The notes below the pieces were generated by a model. The model ran no database searches, had not been told where the DNA came from, and saw only the letters and a list, made by a program, of their open reading frames with translations. Made by a program: the position numbers and the translations under genes. Shown piece by piece: positions 55,199-64,000 of a stretch of 64,000 nt of DNA (position 1 is its first letter; every line of letters starts with the position of its first letter). The stretch is from assembly GCA_963703315.1 (NCBI GenBank), contig OY969811.1, forward strand, positions 3,616,001-3,680,000. Reading direction: 5' to 3'. This DNA is from an uncultured cyanobacterium (GTDB lineage Bacteria > Cyanobacteriota > Cyanobacteriia > Pseudanabaenales > Pseudanabaenaceae).

Positions 55199-55414
55199 TT
55201 ATTGATCTATTCCATATCTTTTGTATACTTCTGATGCTGGAATAGTAGATCTTCCCTCCACCCGTTTTTTTCGTATGTTTAGCAAACTTTGCATGAATAA
55301 TTCTTTGATTTCTTTTCCCTGATCAGGATCGCCAAAGTATTCATCCAAACGTTCATCCACAGTATTACGGATTAAAGTTTGTAGTTGCTCTACAGTCAAG
55401 TCTTTTACTTGCAT
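55199..55414 (-). CDS. Antitoxin
   Basis: 71 aa, abuts toxin; MQVKDLTVEQLQTLIR..FGDPDQG. Confidence 0.8.
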   Translation of the reverse strand: MQVKDLTVEQLQTLIRNTVDERLDEYFGDPDQGKEIKELFMQSLLNIRKKRVEGRSTIPASEVYKRYGIDQ

Positions 55415-55476
55415 AGTTTCTACTAACGATGAAATATATGGGTGATTATAGCAATTTTTAGATCCTGAATAGGCAG

Positions 55477-55593
55477 GGGATCGCGTTTTGTGTTAATTGA
55501 TTGGGCGATCGTGTTTTGGTGAGTGGTTGGGCGATTGTGCTTTTTGATGGGATGATTGGGCGATCGCGTTTTGGGCGAGGGTTGGGCGATCGC
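55477..55593. repeat. HIP1-anchored tandem repeat cluster 2 (5 octamers)
   Basis: Octamers at 55477, 55505, 55531, 55560, 55586. Confidence 0.9.
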
Positions 55594-55596
55594 TAT

Positions 55597-55884
55597 TTAA
55601 TAAACCTCATCATGACTCCCAATATCAACCAAAAAAATCACCATCTCCAACAACTCTTCATCTTCAGAAAATCTAAAAACAATCCTACAATCATAAGCAA
55701 CAGAACAAGACCATAATCCAGCTAAATTTCCTCCCAACTTATGAGACTTTAATGAAGGCGTAAACGGATCATCTCCCAACAGCCTTAAAGCTTTTACAAT
55801 TAGCTCAGTTAATTGTGGATTTTTCTTTGTAATTTTTTTGAAAGAGCGTTTAAATCCGTTACTCCAAACAACTTGCATCATCAT
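55597..55884 (-). CDS. YafQ/RelE-superfamily mRNA interferase toxin
   Basis: PSLKSHKLGGNLAGLWSCSVAYDCRIVF...DIGSHDEVY. Confidence 0.88.
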   Translation of the reverse strand: MMMQVVWSNGFKRSFKKITKKNPQLTELIVKALRLLGDDPFTPSLKSHKLGGNLAGLWSCSVAYDCRIVFRFSEDEELLEMVIFLVDIGSHDEVY

Positions 55885-56089
55885 CCCCTAATAAATCAGC
55901 AATCAAATCATCAACACTTCCTCTTTTTGCTGTTCCATCTTTAAATGATTTCATCACCTCCTCAGAATTAGCCAAAATCTCCTGCCGCCGACTCTCAATA
56001 CGTCGCTTACGGATTAGCTCAAACAAATAATCCTGATCTTCTATTGATAAACCCTCAATAGAATCAATGATTTGCTGAAAGATCATCAT
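55859..56089 (-). CDS. Antitoxin
   Basis: 76 aa overlapping toxin start; LSIEDQDYL..RRIESRRQEI..GSVDDL. Confidence 0.8.
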   Translation of the reverse strand: MMIFQQIIDSIEGLSIEDQDYLFELIRKRRIESRRQEILANSEEVMKSFKDGTAKRGSVDDLIADLLGDDDASCLE

Positions 56090-56175
56090 AAGACTTCCTT
56101 AACTATTACAAAATTTCTTAACAACTATCTTCTGTACATTTCTAATTCTAACTCATTAACATTGAACGACTCTAG

Positions 56176-56210
56176 GCGATCGCGTTTTTGGTGAGTGGTT
56201 GGGCGATCGC
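56176..56210. repeat. HIP1-anchored tandem repeat cluster 3 (2 octamers)
   Basis: GCGATCGC-GTTTTTGGTGAGTGGTTGG-GCGATCGC. Confidence 0.9.
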
Positions 56211-56212
56211 CT

Positions 56213-56357
56213 TTAAGGGAAAAACTTGTAAATATCTTTACGGTGCAAAAACCTTACAAAAATTACTTCATTTTCAAAAATTTCTATCCCTACAAAGATT
56301 ACGATCCTTGACTAACTTCAAGTCCTTCTCAAATCTAGACTCAACCCTAACATTCAT
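56213..56357 (-). pseudogene. relE: RelE toxin pseudogene with internal deletion and frameshift
   Basis: MNVRVESRFEKDLKLVKDRNL joined out of frame to VGIEIFENEVIFVRFLHRKDIYKFFP*; ATGA-coupled to the antitoxin. Confidence 0.8.
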
Positions 56358-56581
56358 GCAACATTACCATCTAGAAGCGCAAAGATATTATCTTCAGGAA
56401 CAAATTCATTTTTTCTACCCTCAGCGATCGCATTTCCCAAACCAAACTCTTCTAAAGCATCTTGAAATATTTCCGCAAAAAGCTCCTTTCTAGTCTTAAT
56501 CAAATCAATTAAGATTTCAGTGAGCATTTCTCTTGTCTTCTCATCGTTAAGGAGTATTTGAATATTCAAACTCTCATTCAT
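56354..56581 (-). CDS. Antitoxin
   Basis: 75 aa; DALEEFGLGNAIAEGRKNEFV motif; coupled to the relE remnant. Confidence 0.8.
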   Translation of the reverse strand: MNESLNIQILLNDEKTREMLTEILIDLIKTRKELFAEIFQDALEEFGLGNAIAEGRKNEFVPEDNIFALLDGNVA

Positions 56582-56628
56582 AATCCAAGTTTATATAATT
56601 CTAGCTTAATAACATCAAACAGCTTTTG

Positions 56629-56718
56629 GCGATCGCGTTTTTGTGGTGATTGATTGGGCGATCATGTTTTGGTGAGTGGTTGGGCGATCGCGTTTTGGGT
56701 GATTGCTTGGGCGATCGC
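56629..56718. repeat. HIP1-anchored tandem repeat cluster 4 (4 octamers)
   Basis: Octamers at 56629, 56658, 56684, 56711. Confidence 0.9.
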
Positions 56719-56768
56719 ACTTTGCATTTATATACAATTACATCTGATAATTACTGAGTTTAGAAAAT

Positions 56769-56797
56769 AAAAAAGCCACACAAAGTGCGGCTTTTTT
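56769..56797 (-). terminator. ftsH terminator
   Basis: AAAAAAGCCACAC-AAA-GTGCGGCTTTTTT just after the ftsH stop. Confidence 0.65.
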
Positions 56798-56813
56798 ATA
56801 TGTATTGAAAATA

Positions 56814-58676
56814 CTATGCTTGAACTTCAGCAGGTTTAACTTGAGCTAGCAAACCAGTCAAGAATTCACCTTCAATCACTTCTGTTTCTAAAAGCTTCTC
56901 AGAGATGGACTCTAGCAGATCACGATTCGCATTAAGAATTGCTAGCGCCTTCGCATGGGCATTCTCAACGATGGTTTTGATTTCCTTGTCGATCGCCTCT
57001 GAAGTGGCAGGACTGACATTGCGAGCCATCTCCATCCCACCGAGGAATTGATTTTGTTGCTTTTGGTAGGCAAGAGGTCCCAAAACTTCGCTCATACCGT
57101 AGCTAGTCACCATCTTATCGGCGAGATCAGTAGCGCGTTGGAGGTCATTGGATGCACCAGTAGTAATGCTACCAAAGATGATTTCTTCTGCCGATCGCCC
57201 ACCGAGGAGAGTCGCAATTTGGGCTTCGATTTCTTCTTTGCTTAATAGGAAGCGATCTTCCGTTGGCAGTTGCAAGGTGTAGCCGAGAGCCGCCATACCG
57301 CGAGGCACGATCGAGATCTTCTCGACTTTACCGCTACTGGAGTTAAGCGCTCCTACTAGAGCATGACCAACTTCGTGATAGGCGACAATGCGCTTCTCAT
57401 TCTCATTGAGAACACGACTCTTCTTTTCTAGACCCGCAACTACACGTTCGACGGCTTCAGCGAAGTCTTCAAGTAGAACAGTTTCACGTCCAGCACGGGC
57501 AGCAAGTAATGCGGCTTCATTGACGAGGTTAGCGAGGTCAGCACCCGCAAAACCCGATGTGCGAGTAGCGATCGTTTCTAGGTCAACACTCTTGTCGAGA
57601 GTGACTTTTGCAGCGTGGATTTTGAGAATTGCTAAGCGTCCACTCTTGTCAGGGCGATCGACTAATACTTGGCGATCGAAACGACCTGGACGTAACAATG
57701 CTTGGTCAAGGGTTTCAGGTCGGTTAGTTGCAGCGAGAACAATTACTGTCGTTCCATCAACGCCGAATCCATCCATTTCGGTCAGCAATTGGTTGAGAGT
57801 TTGTTCGCGTTCATCGTTTCCGCCGTACATACCGCCACTAGAACGCGCCTTACCGATCGCATCAAGTTCATCGATAAAGATAATGCAAGGGGATTGTTTC
57901 TTGGCTTGCTCAAACAAATCACGTACTCGCGAAGAACCAACACCGACGAAGAGTTCTACGAATTCCGAACCAGAGATACTGAAGAAGGGAACACCTGCTT
58001 CACCAGCGACAGCTTTGGCAAGCAGAGTTTTACCTGTTCCGGGAGGACCAACTAGCAATACACCTTTAGGAATCTTTGCGCCGATCTTGGTGTATTTCTC
58101 AGGAGTCTTGAGGAACTGCACAATTTCTTGAAGTTCTTGCTTAGCTTCATCGACACCAGCGACATCGACAAACATGGTTTTGGTGGATTCGCCTTCAACA
58201 TAGACTTTTGCCTTGCTCTTACCAATCTGTAAGCCACCAGGAGCGCCGCCGCCACCGTTACGGCTGAAGAGTTGGAAGATACCGACAAAAATTAATGGGG
58301 GAATGACCCAGCTCAGTAATGTGCCGAACCAGCCCGATTTCTGTACAGGTGCTGCTGCAAATTCGACCCCACTCTTTTCGAGGCGTTCAGGGAGATTTAA
58401 GTCGAAGATTGGAGTGGTTGAAATCACATCACCCGCGATTTCAGGAGTGACACCCTTTAACTGATAGGTGATCTGGTCTTGACCAATGTATACCCTTGCT
58501 ACATGACCTTCTTCGATTTCATGGACAAATAGGCTATAGGGAACTCGTGCCACTGGTGGGGCAAATAGATTTGGTAAAAAGATATTTATTATGAGCAATC
58601 CTGCGCCGATCAGCAGGAGGACATTGCCAATCAGTCTTGCACGCGATCGCTTGGGATCTTCTTTTTTTACAGCCAT
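56814..58676 (-). CDS. ftsH: ATP-dependent zinc metalloprotease FtsH (FtsH4-like)
   Basis: Two TMs, [20 protein letters not shown]. Confidence 0.97.
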   Translation of the reverse strand: MAVKKEDPKRSRARLIGNVLLLIGAGLLIINIFLPNLFAPPVARVPYSLFVHEIEEGHVARVYIGQDQITYQLKGVTPEIAGDVISTTPIFDLNLPERLEKSGVEFAAAPVQKSGWFGTLLSWVIPPLIFVGIFQLFSRNGGGGAPGGLQIGKSKAKVYVEGESTKTMFVDVAGVDEAKQELQEIVQFLKTPEKYTKIGAKIPKGVLLVGPPGTGKTLLAKAVAGEAGVPFFSISGSEFVELFVGVGSSRVRDLFEQAKKQSPCIIFIDELDAIGKARSSGGMYGGNDEREQTLNQLLTEMDGFGVDGTTVIVLAATNRPETLDQALLRPGRFDRQVLVDRPDKSGRLAILKIHAAKVTLDKSVDLETIATRTSGFAGADLANLVNEAALLAARAGRETVLLEDFAEAVERVVAGLEKKSRVLNENEKRIVAYHEVGHALVGALNSSSGKVEKISIVPRGMAALGYTLQLPTEDRFLLSKEEIEAQIATLLGGRSAEEIIFGSITTGASNDLQRATDLADKMVTSYGMSEVLGPLAYQKQQNQFLGGMEMARNVSPATSEAIDKEIKTIVENAHAKALAILNANRDLLESISEKLLETEVIEGEFLTGLLAQVKPAEVQA

Positions 58677-58810
58677 TTTTTAGAGCGCGATTATGTAAAT
58701 CGGCGATTTATTATTAATGTCATTATAGAAACGTTGTTTTACTGGCGCTAGATCATAAACGTAGGGATAGCCGCCTGTATCGTTAGGAATATAGACAACG
58801 CGCTTTGTCA

Positions 58811-58903
58811 TATAGCAAAAAAAGTTTGGTTTAGGACACAAAACCAAGAACAGAGTGTCGGCGCGGAGCGCCGACACTCTGTTAGAACTATTGCTTTGCT
58901 ATA
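58811..58903. mobile_element. MITE-like element with TATAGCAAA...TTTGCTATA ends
   Basis: 9-bp terminal inverted repeats; hairpin AACAGAGTGTCGGCGC-GGA-GCGCCGACACTCTGTT. Confidence 0.65.
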
Positions 58904-58904
58904 G

Positions 58905-59894
58905 TTATGTCATTGTCATGACGACATTTCTTTGGACATTGGTATTGAGGCTTTCTAAGGGGAAATGGCGATCGCTATGATCTATCTCGGCATAGTTTGT
59001 ATAACCAAGCTCTTGCAATAATTCCTTAAGCCTATCGCCTGTCGCGCCTGCTGCTTTGAGACTCGTAGGATGTACTTCAATGATCAGGGTTGGTTTGAGA
59101 GATGTAATCATTTTCCTAGCCCCTGAGAGAAAAGCACATTCACTTCCTTCCACATCAAGTTTTAGTAAAACCTTGCCAGTAAAATTTTGCCATTCCACTA
59201 ATTCATCAAAGCGTCTGAGGGGAACGGAAAAAGTTTTGTATTGATGGGTTGCGGAATGTTCGGGAAAGACTCCTGCGGAGCCAGATGTCCCAAGTGGGAC
59301 TAATAGCTCGATTTCGCCATCGGTATCGCCAACGGCGAGATTATGAATCTGGAATTTGCACAGCGCATTAGCGGTGAGAGATTTTTCTAAAGCCTTAGCT
59401 AGTCGGGGTTGTGGCTCAACGGCAAGCACAAAGCCATTCTTGCCAACTAATTTGCTCGCCACGATCGCAAAGCTACCATGATTTGCACCCACATCTAAAA
59501 ATGTATCACCTTCGGAAAGTAAGTTCCCTAAAACCTGTGTATCTGTATCTTGCGTAGCAAGCTCATTAACCACTTGAAATAGGCGCATATCAATCGGATC
59601 AAGAAATACTTGATAATTCGATAATTGCATTTCTAAATAGCGATCTGGTGAGAGTTTATAGAAAATCCCTGATAGGAATCTAAATAAACTTCTGCCACCT
59701 TTGAGATGCTTTTTGCCTGTGAAATTGAAATATAATTTGCAGTACAACCCGAATATACGGTATAGAAAGGGTAATTGCTTGCTAAGAGTTGGGTTGAGTA
59801 TCCATCCTAAAACTGAGCGATCATATAACCATGCATCGGGTTGCTCTATGTTTTCTGAATTAGCTGAGTTTGGAGAAGGAGCAGTTTTGGACAT
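58905..59894 (-). CDS. FkbM-family methyltransferase
   Basis: FLDVGANHG, AVEPQP, LKLDVEGSE, IIEVH; ATG 59894 assumed. Confidence 0.88.
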   Translation of the reverse strand: MSKTAPSPNSANSENIEQPDAWLYDRSVLGWILNPTLSKQLPFLYRIFGLYCKLYFNFTGKKHLKGGRSLFRFLSGIFYKLSPDRYLEMQLSNYQVFLDPIDMRLFQVVNELATQDTDTQVLGNLLSEGDTFLDVGANHGSFAIVASKLVGKNGFVLAVEPQPRLAKALEKSLTANALCKFQIHNLAVGDTDGEIELLVPLGTSGSAGVFPEHSATHQYKTFSVPLRRFDELVEWQNFTGKVLLKLDVEGSECAFLSGARKMITSLKPTLIIEVHPTSLKAAGATGDRLKELLQELGYTNYAEIDHSDRHFPLESLNTNVQRNVVMTMT

Positions 59895-59932
59895 AGGAAT
59901 TGGGGTGAAAGTCAAAGATAATTGGGTGAAAT

Positions 59933-60709
59933 TTAAGCAACTAGCGATCGCACAGGAATTTTATTGGCACTGAGATAATCTTTAATTTCGGAGATCGTTA
60001 ATTCGCCATAGTGCAGTAATGAAGCTAGCAAAGCCGCTTCTGCTCGACCTTCAGTCACGGCTTCCAGAATATGTTCGCAATTACCTGCACCACCAGAAGC
60101 AATTACAGGAACTTCTACTAAATCTGCAACTTGACGCGTGAGTTCTAAATCGTAACCCGCTTTTGTGCCATCAGCGTCCATACTTGTGAGCAAGATTTCA
60201 CCAGCACCACGCTTGACGACTTCCTGCGCCCACCAGAGCGCGTCAATCCCTGTATTCTCACGCCCACCTCGCACATAGACATCCCAGCCCCGATTATGAG
60301 GATCATTTCTGCGTCTAGCATCGATCGCCACGACAATGCACTGATTACCAAAGCGATCGCTACTGCGATTAATCAAGTCAGGGTCACTAACGGCGGCAGA
60401 ATTCATACTGACTTTATCGGCTCCAGCCCGCAGCAGTTCACGAATATTATCGACATTTCGCACACCACCACCAACGGTCAGAGGGATAAATACTTGTTCG
60501 GCAGTGCGATAGACCACATCAAGAATGGTGCTGCGATCTTCATGGGTAGCAGTGATATCAAGGAATACGAGTTCATCTGCTCCTGCGCGGTTATAGACCT
60601 GTGCTAATTCCACAGGATCGCCAGCGTCCTTGAGATCGACAAAGTTTATCCCTTTGACAACTCGACCTGCTTTGACATCTAAACAAGGCAAAATACGTTT
60701 TGCTAGCAT
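59933..60709 (-). CDS. hisF: Imidazole glycerol phosphate synthase subunit HisF
   Basis: [30 protein letters not shown]. Confidence 0.98.
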   Translation of the reverse strand: MLAKRILPCLDVKAGRVVKGINFVDLKDAGDPVELAQVYNRAGADELVFLDITATHEDRSTILDVVYRTAEQVFIPLTVGGGVRNVDNIRELLRAGADKVSMNSAAVSDPDLINRSSDRFGNQCIVVAIDARRRNDPHNRGWDVYVRGGRENTGIDALWWAQEVVKRGAGEILLTSMDADGTKAGYDLELTRQVADLVEVPVIASGGAGNCEHILEAVTEGRAEAALLASLLHYGELTISEIKDYLSANKIPVRSLVA

Positions 60710-60819
60710 AAACTCTTCAAATATCCCAAGATCACAGCAAGAGCAAATATTTTAACCCGTTTTATTGTCCATATCACCTACGGCTCACATAGAAAAGGTG
60801 GCGCTTTGCGCCACCTTTT

Positions 60820-63800
60820 CTATACTTTGATTTCAGGAAACACGAGAGGCTCATTGAAGGTTTGACTCATATTGCCAATAATCGCTTGCAAATAGATCCG
60901 CAATTGCTGGAATTTAATCACATTAGGGTGATATGTGCCATCAGTTTCTAGTTCAAATAATCGACCTGTAAATAACTCACTACTGAGGGTGGGATCTTCT
61001 AAAATCACCTCCCGTTCAGGTTCTTGCCAAGGGAATAAACCTTCGGGTAGATCGCCTTGCAAAATTGCCAAGATGCGATCGCGACAAGCCTTAATATTGA
61101 TCCCGCGTATTTGTAACTGTTGAAGTAACTGTGGTGGATTAATTGATTTCGTGAGGTTGAGGCGACAAATTTCTTGCAACAGGAAGTAATCAGAATATTG
61201 CTGACGTGCAATATCTTGTAAATGGGGATAGAGTGGTGAGACGGCTAACCCATTGGCGACCACCGAATTAGATAAAGGGTCAATTTTGGCATTGGGAAGC
61301 TTTTGTGATAGCCAGCGCGATACTAATGGAATATTCATCGTGCTACCCAGCAATAACACCTGATGAACATCTTCACCTAAAATACCTGCATTGCTGAGGA
61401 TGCTATTTAGTTCTCGATTAATGCGTTGGATAAATGGCTGCAAAATTAAGTTTTCCAATTCACGGCGAATCACCACAATCGGTTGTCCCAATAAGTCTTC
61501 ATTCCAAGAATCAACACCAACATCTCTACCAAAGGCGATCTTCACATGATCCGCAAGCTCTAACATTTGTTGACCGATCGCCGAACTTAACAGATATTGC
61601 TGGAGCAGAATCCGTTGCTGTGGTGCAGAAGCTCCAATCTCTGGCAAACTCAGATGATCGAAATTGCAAAGATGGCGATCAGTATTCGTAATTAATTGCC
61701 AATGGGGATAGAACAGTTGGACGATGATATCTTGGCTAAGGCTAATACCTGCATAGTCAAAGCTGCGAATATGGAGCTTTGAGCGATCGCTTGCTTTCTG
61801 GTCAATTCCTTTCACTAAACAGAGACTCGTGGTGATTGCCCCTGCATCAATTAAAAGCGTAATTTCCTGTGATAGCTTCTGCTCATGAATCAAAGATAGA
61901 ACTGGGGCGATCGCCTGTTCTACGGTTACTACCTGCTCAGCTTGGCTGACTAGACCCGACTTAAGGACTGCTTCACGAAGATTCAGGATATAAGTGTCCG
62001 ACCAATGGGCAGGATGCCCTAATACCACACCACTGAGTTTTAACAAAATCAAACCCAGATCAGGCAACTTGGGATGATTAGCGCGAGTTTGGATTTGTTC
62101 CAATAGACTTTTGAGGGCGGCAACTAACCAACGCAGACTCACTTGGCGATGATCTGCCCACTGCACAATCGGCTGCCAAGTACTCACACCGCGATAGGGT
62201 AAACCCAGTTTGAGAAACTGTTTGAAATGGGTAAGCGCCACTTCCCCCTCTTCTAGTCCAGCATTTTGCATCTTCTTTGTGATCACCCGAATATCTTTAG
62301 CGATCGGGTCATCTAGACTATGTTCTTCATGCCAAACTACTTTGCAGAGAATTTCATCGGCATCATCTAGATATAGTGAATAGACTTTGCCAGTATTTGC
62401 ATTCAGGAGACTCGCTCTAATGGCAGTACTACCAAAGTCAACCCCTAAAATCCAAGAATCATCAAGGCTATAGACTTCTTTCTCAGGCGGCGGTGGAATC
62501 AGCGCATTACTACGAGACTCCAAAATAAATGAGTCAATGTCTAAAACATTGTCACTGGTATCCATAATCGGTGCTACGGATGATAAACCAAGCTGTTCAC
62601 GGCGATCGTCAAGTAATGGTTCATTAAAGTTAAACGAATTCAAATCATTTAACAAATTATCCCAATCATTATCAACGGCATTACTTTGCTGATCAGCAAA
62701 CTCATTGAGCAGTAAGTCGTCTTCTCCATCCTCAAATTCATTATCTAAATCATCAAAATCAGCAAACATTTCATTAGATAACTTGGCTAAAGTATTAGCT
62801 GGGGGAAGAGACTGCTCTTTTTTATCTGCAAGACTATTCAATTTGTCATATTGCAATGAAGCAAAAAACTCATCTGCTGATAATTCGGAAATGTCAGGTT
62901 TAGCTTCACTAACTTTTTCGTGAATGAGATTTGACTCAAGTTGTGCCAGAGCTAAACTCCAATCATCTTCTCCAGAAGTACTATTAGCAGTAGGATTTTC
63001 CAAAATTGTTGGCACTTCTTCGATCGCTGCAAATTTAGTCACTTCCGTAGGATTGATCGACTCTAGAGGCTCAGACTGAGCAAAGCCTTGCAAAATCGTA
63101 TCTAATTCCTCATCGATCGATTCAATCGGTTCGGGTTCGGGAAGAGTAACAAGGAGCGGATCTTGCAGTGTCTCGGCTCCAAGATCGAGAGTGTCATATT
63201 TCTCTCTGCTGCGATCTTGCATGACTGTATCGATTCCTTCTAATTTAGTCTCAGGCGCAAAACTAAATAACAATGTATCCAGTCCACTCTCATCATCTAG
63301 GTCTAAATTTGTGCCTAAATTTGTGTCTAAATTTATCTCTAGTGGATTGATCTCAGATAGGGAATTACTCTCAGATGATTGCGTAAATAAGTCATCAAGC
63401 TCATCATGATTAGCAAAAGAAGTTGTTGGCGATCGCTTAGCTGCATTTTCGGCGATTACCTCCGCAAAAATAGCATCCATATCGTCATCCACAATTGATG
63501 ATGGATTAGCTATAGGAGATAACTCTTGTCCTTGGGCTTCACCCTCTCCCTGTAGGTCAAACAGAGTATCAGGATCATCGAAAATCTCAGGGATTCCACT
63601 AGATTCAGTCACAAAGTCCGATGTTTGCCCAGCAGGATTCATCAAGATTTCTGGCTGCTCATTAATAATCTCAGGTTCTGGGTTCTGTTGAAAACTCGCG
63701 GGGGCATCATCAAAAGCATCTGCTAATCCATCAATAAATAAAGCTTGAGGATTTTCAATAATTGGTGGTACTACTAAGGCTTCAATTTCGGGTTGAGTTT

Positions 63801-64000
63801 TTGTTTGAGATTTCCCCTGATCGCCTTGTGATTCTTGCGCCGAAACTTCGATAATCGTAGGATAAGCTTGTGATTCTTCAGTTTCCCAATTAGTTAAGGC
63901 ATAGGGTGTATTACGGATAAACTGGTCTAGATTAGCTGCAACTAGTGGATCAGCCGCAACGCCATTATCAAAGAGCCTCAGATCGGAATCGAGTTCTCTA
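60820..64000 (-). CDS. Large protein (5' partial): acidic low-complexity region plus C-terminal Hsp70/actin-like fold
   Basis: Frame checked by hand: no stop up to the window edge; LGVDFGS, LLIDAGA, VLLLGS motifs. Confidence 0.75.
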   Translation of the reverse strand, partial: RELDSDLRLFDNGVAADPLVAANLDQFIRNTPYALTNWETEESQAYPTIIEVSAQESQGDQGKSQTKTQPEIEALVVPPIIENPQALFIDGLADAFDDAPASFQQNPEPEIINEQPEILMNPAGQTSDFVTESSGIPEIFDDPDTLFDLQGEGEAQGQELSPIANPSSIVDDDMDAIFAEVIAENAAKRSPTTSFANHDELDDLFTQSSESNSLSEINPLEINLDTNLGTNLDLDDESGLDTLLFSFAPETKLEGIDTVMQDRSREKYDTLDLGAETLQDPLLVTLPEPEPIESIDEELDTILQGFAQSEPLESINPTEVTKFAAIEEVPTILENPTANSTSGEDDWSLALAQLESNLIHEKVSEAKPDISELSADEFFASLQYDKLNSLADKKEQSLPPANTLAKLSNEMFADFDDLDNEFEDGEDDLLLNEFADQQSNAVDNDWDNLLNDLNSFNFNEPLLDDRREQLGLSSVAPIMDTSDNVLDIDSFILESRSNALIPPPPEKEVYSLDDSWILGVDFGSTAIRASLLNANTGKVYSLYLDDADEILCKVVWHEEHSLDDPIAKDIRVITKKMQNAGLEEGEVALTHFKQFLKLGLPYRGVSTWQPIVQWADHRQVSLRWLVAALKSLLEQIQTRANHPKLPDLGLILLKLSGVVLGHPAHWSDTYILNLREAVLKSGLVSQAEQVVTVEQAIAPVLSLIHEQKLSQEITLLIDAGAITTSLCLVKGIDQKASDRSKLHIRSFDYAGISLSQDIIVQLFYPHWQLITNTDRHLCNFDHLSLPEIGASAPQQRILLQQYLLSSAIGQQMLELADHVKIAFGRDVGVDSWNEDLLGQPIVVIRRELENLILQPFIQRINRELNSILSNAGILGEDVHQVLLLGSTMNIPLVSRWLSQKLPNAKIDPLSNSVVANGLAVSPLYPHLQDIARQQYSDYFLLQEICRLNLTKSINPPQLLQQLQIRGINIKACRDRILAILQGDLPEGLFPWQEPEREVILEDPTLSSELFTGRLFELETDGTYHPNVIKFQQLRIYLQAIIGNMSQTFNEPLVFPEIKV

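Noticed and set aside
55501..55716. ORF across repeat cluster 2, and 56188-56493
   Set aside because: Made of repeat units and antisense to TA genes.
54871..56718. HIP1 repeat clusters as a CRISPR array
   Set aside because: The constant part is only about 8-13 bp, linkers resemble each other rather than being unique spacers, genes lie between clusters, and there are no cas genes.
57388..58131. 247-aa plus-strand ORF
   Set aside because: Antisense shadow of the conserved ftsH gene.

Overview
64 kb of chromosome from a HIP1 (GCGATCGC)-rich cyanobacterium; 16S and gene content suggest a Pseudanabaena-like filamentous strain (not verified by search). The backbone is housekeeping: suhB-like, psaC, dxr, desC-like, ssaD/ogdA, dnaK, psbN/psbH/tatA/pth, cugP, two amiC-like genes, murI, ppa, a complete 16S-tRNAIle-tRNAAla-23S-5S operon, trpE, bioD, proS, ftsH, hisF. 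It is interspersed with toxin-antitoxin (TA) modules, Uma2/DUF29/PIN genes, MITE/REP-like hairpins, a cyanobacteriochrome diguanylate cyclase and a 1809-aa STAND-WD40 protein. The most unusual structure is at 54.87-56.72 kb: three co-oriented antitoxin-toxin pairs separated by four clusters of 26-31 bp HIP1-anchored tandem repeats. Each toxin stop lies 2-3 nt from a HIP1-type octamer and each -10-like box lies 25-26 nt from one, resembling an integron-like cassette array with no integrase in view. Separately, a 60-bp duplication of the dnaK 3' end, ending at a CGATCG core, brackets the diguanylate cyclase gene. Product calls rest on motif recognition only; no searches were run.
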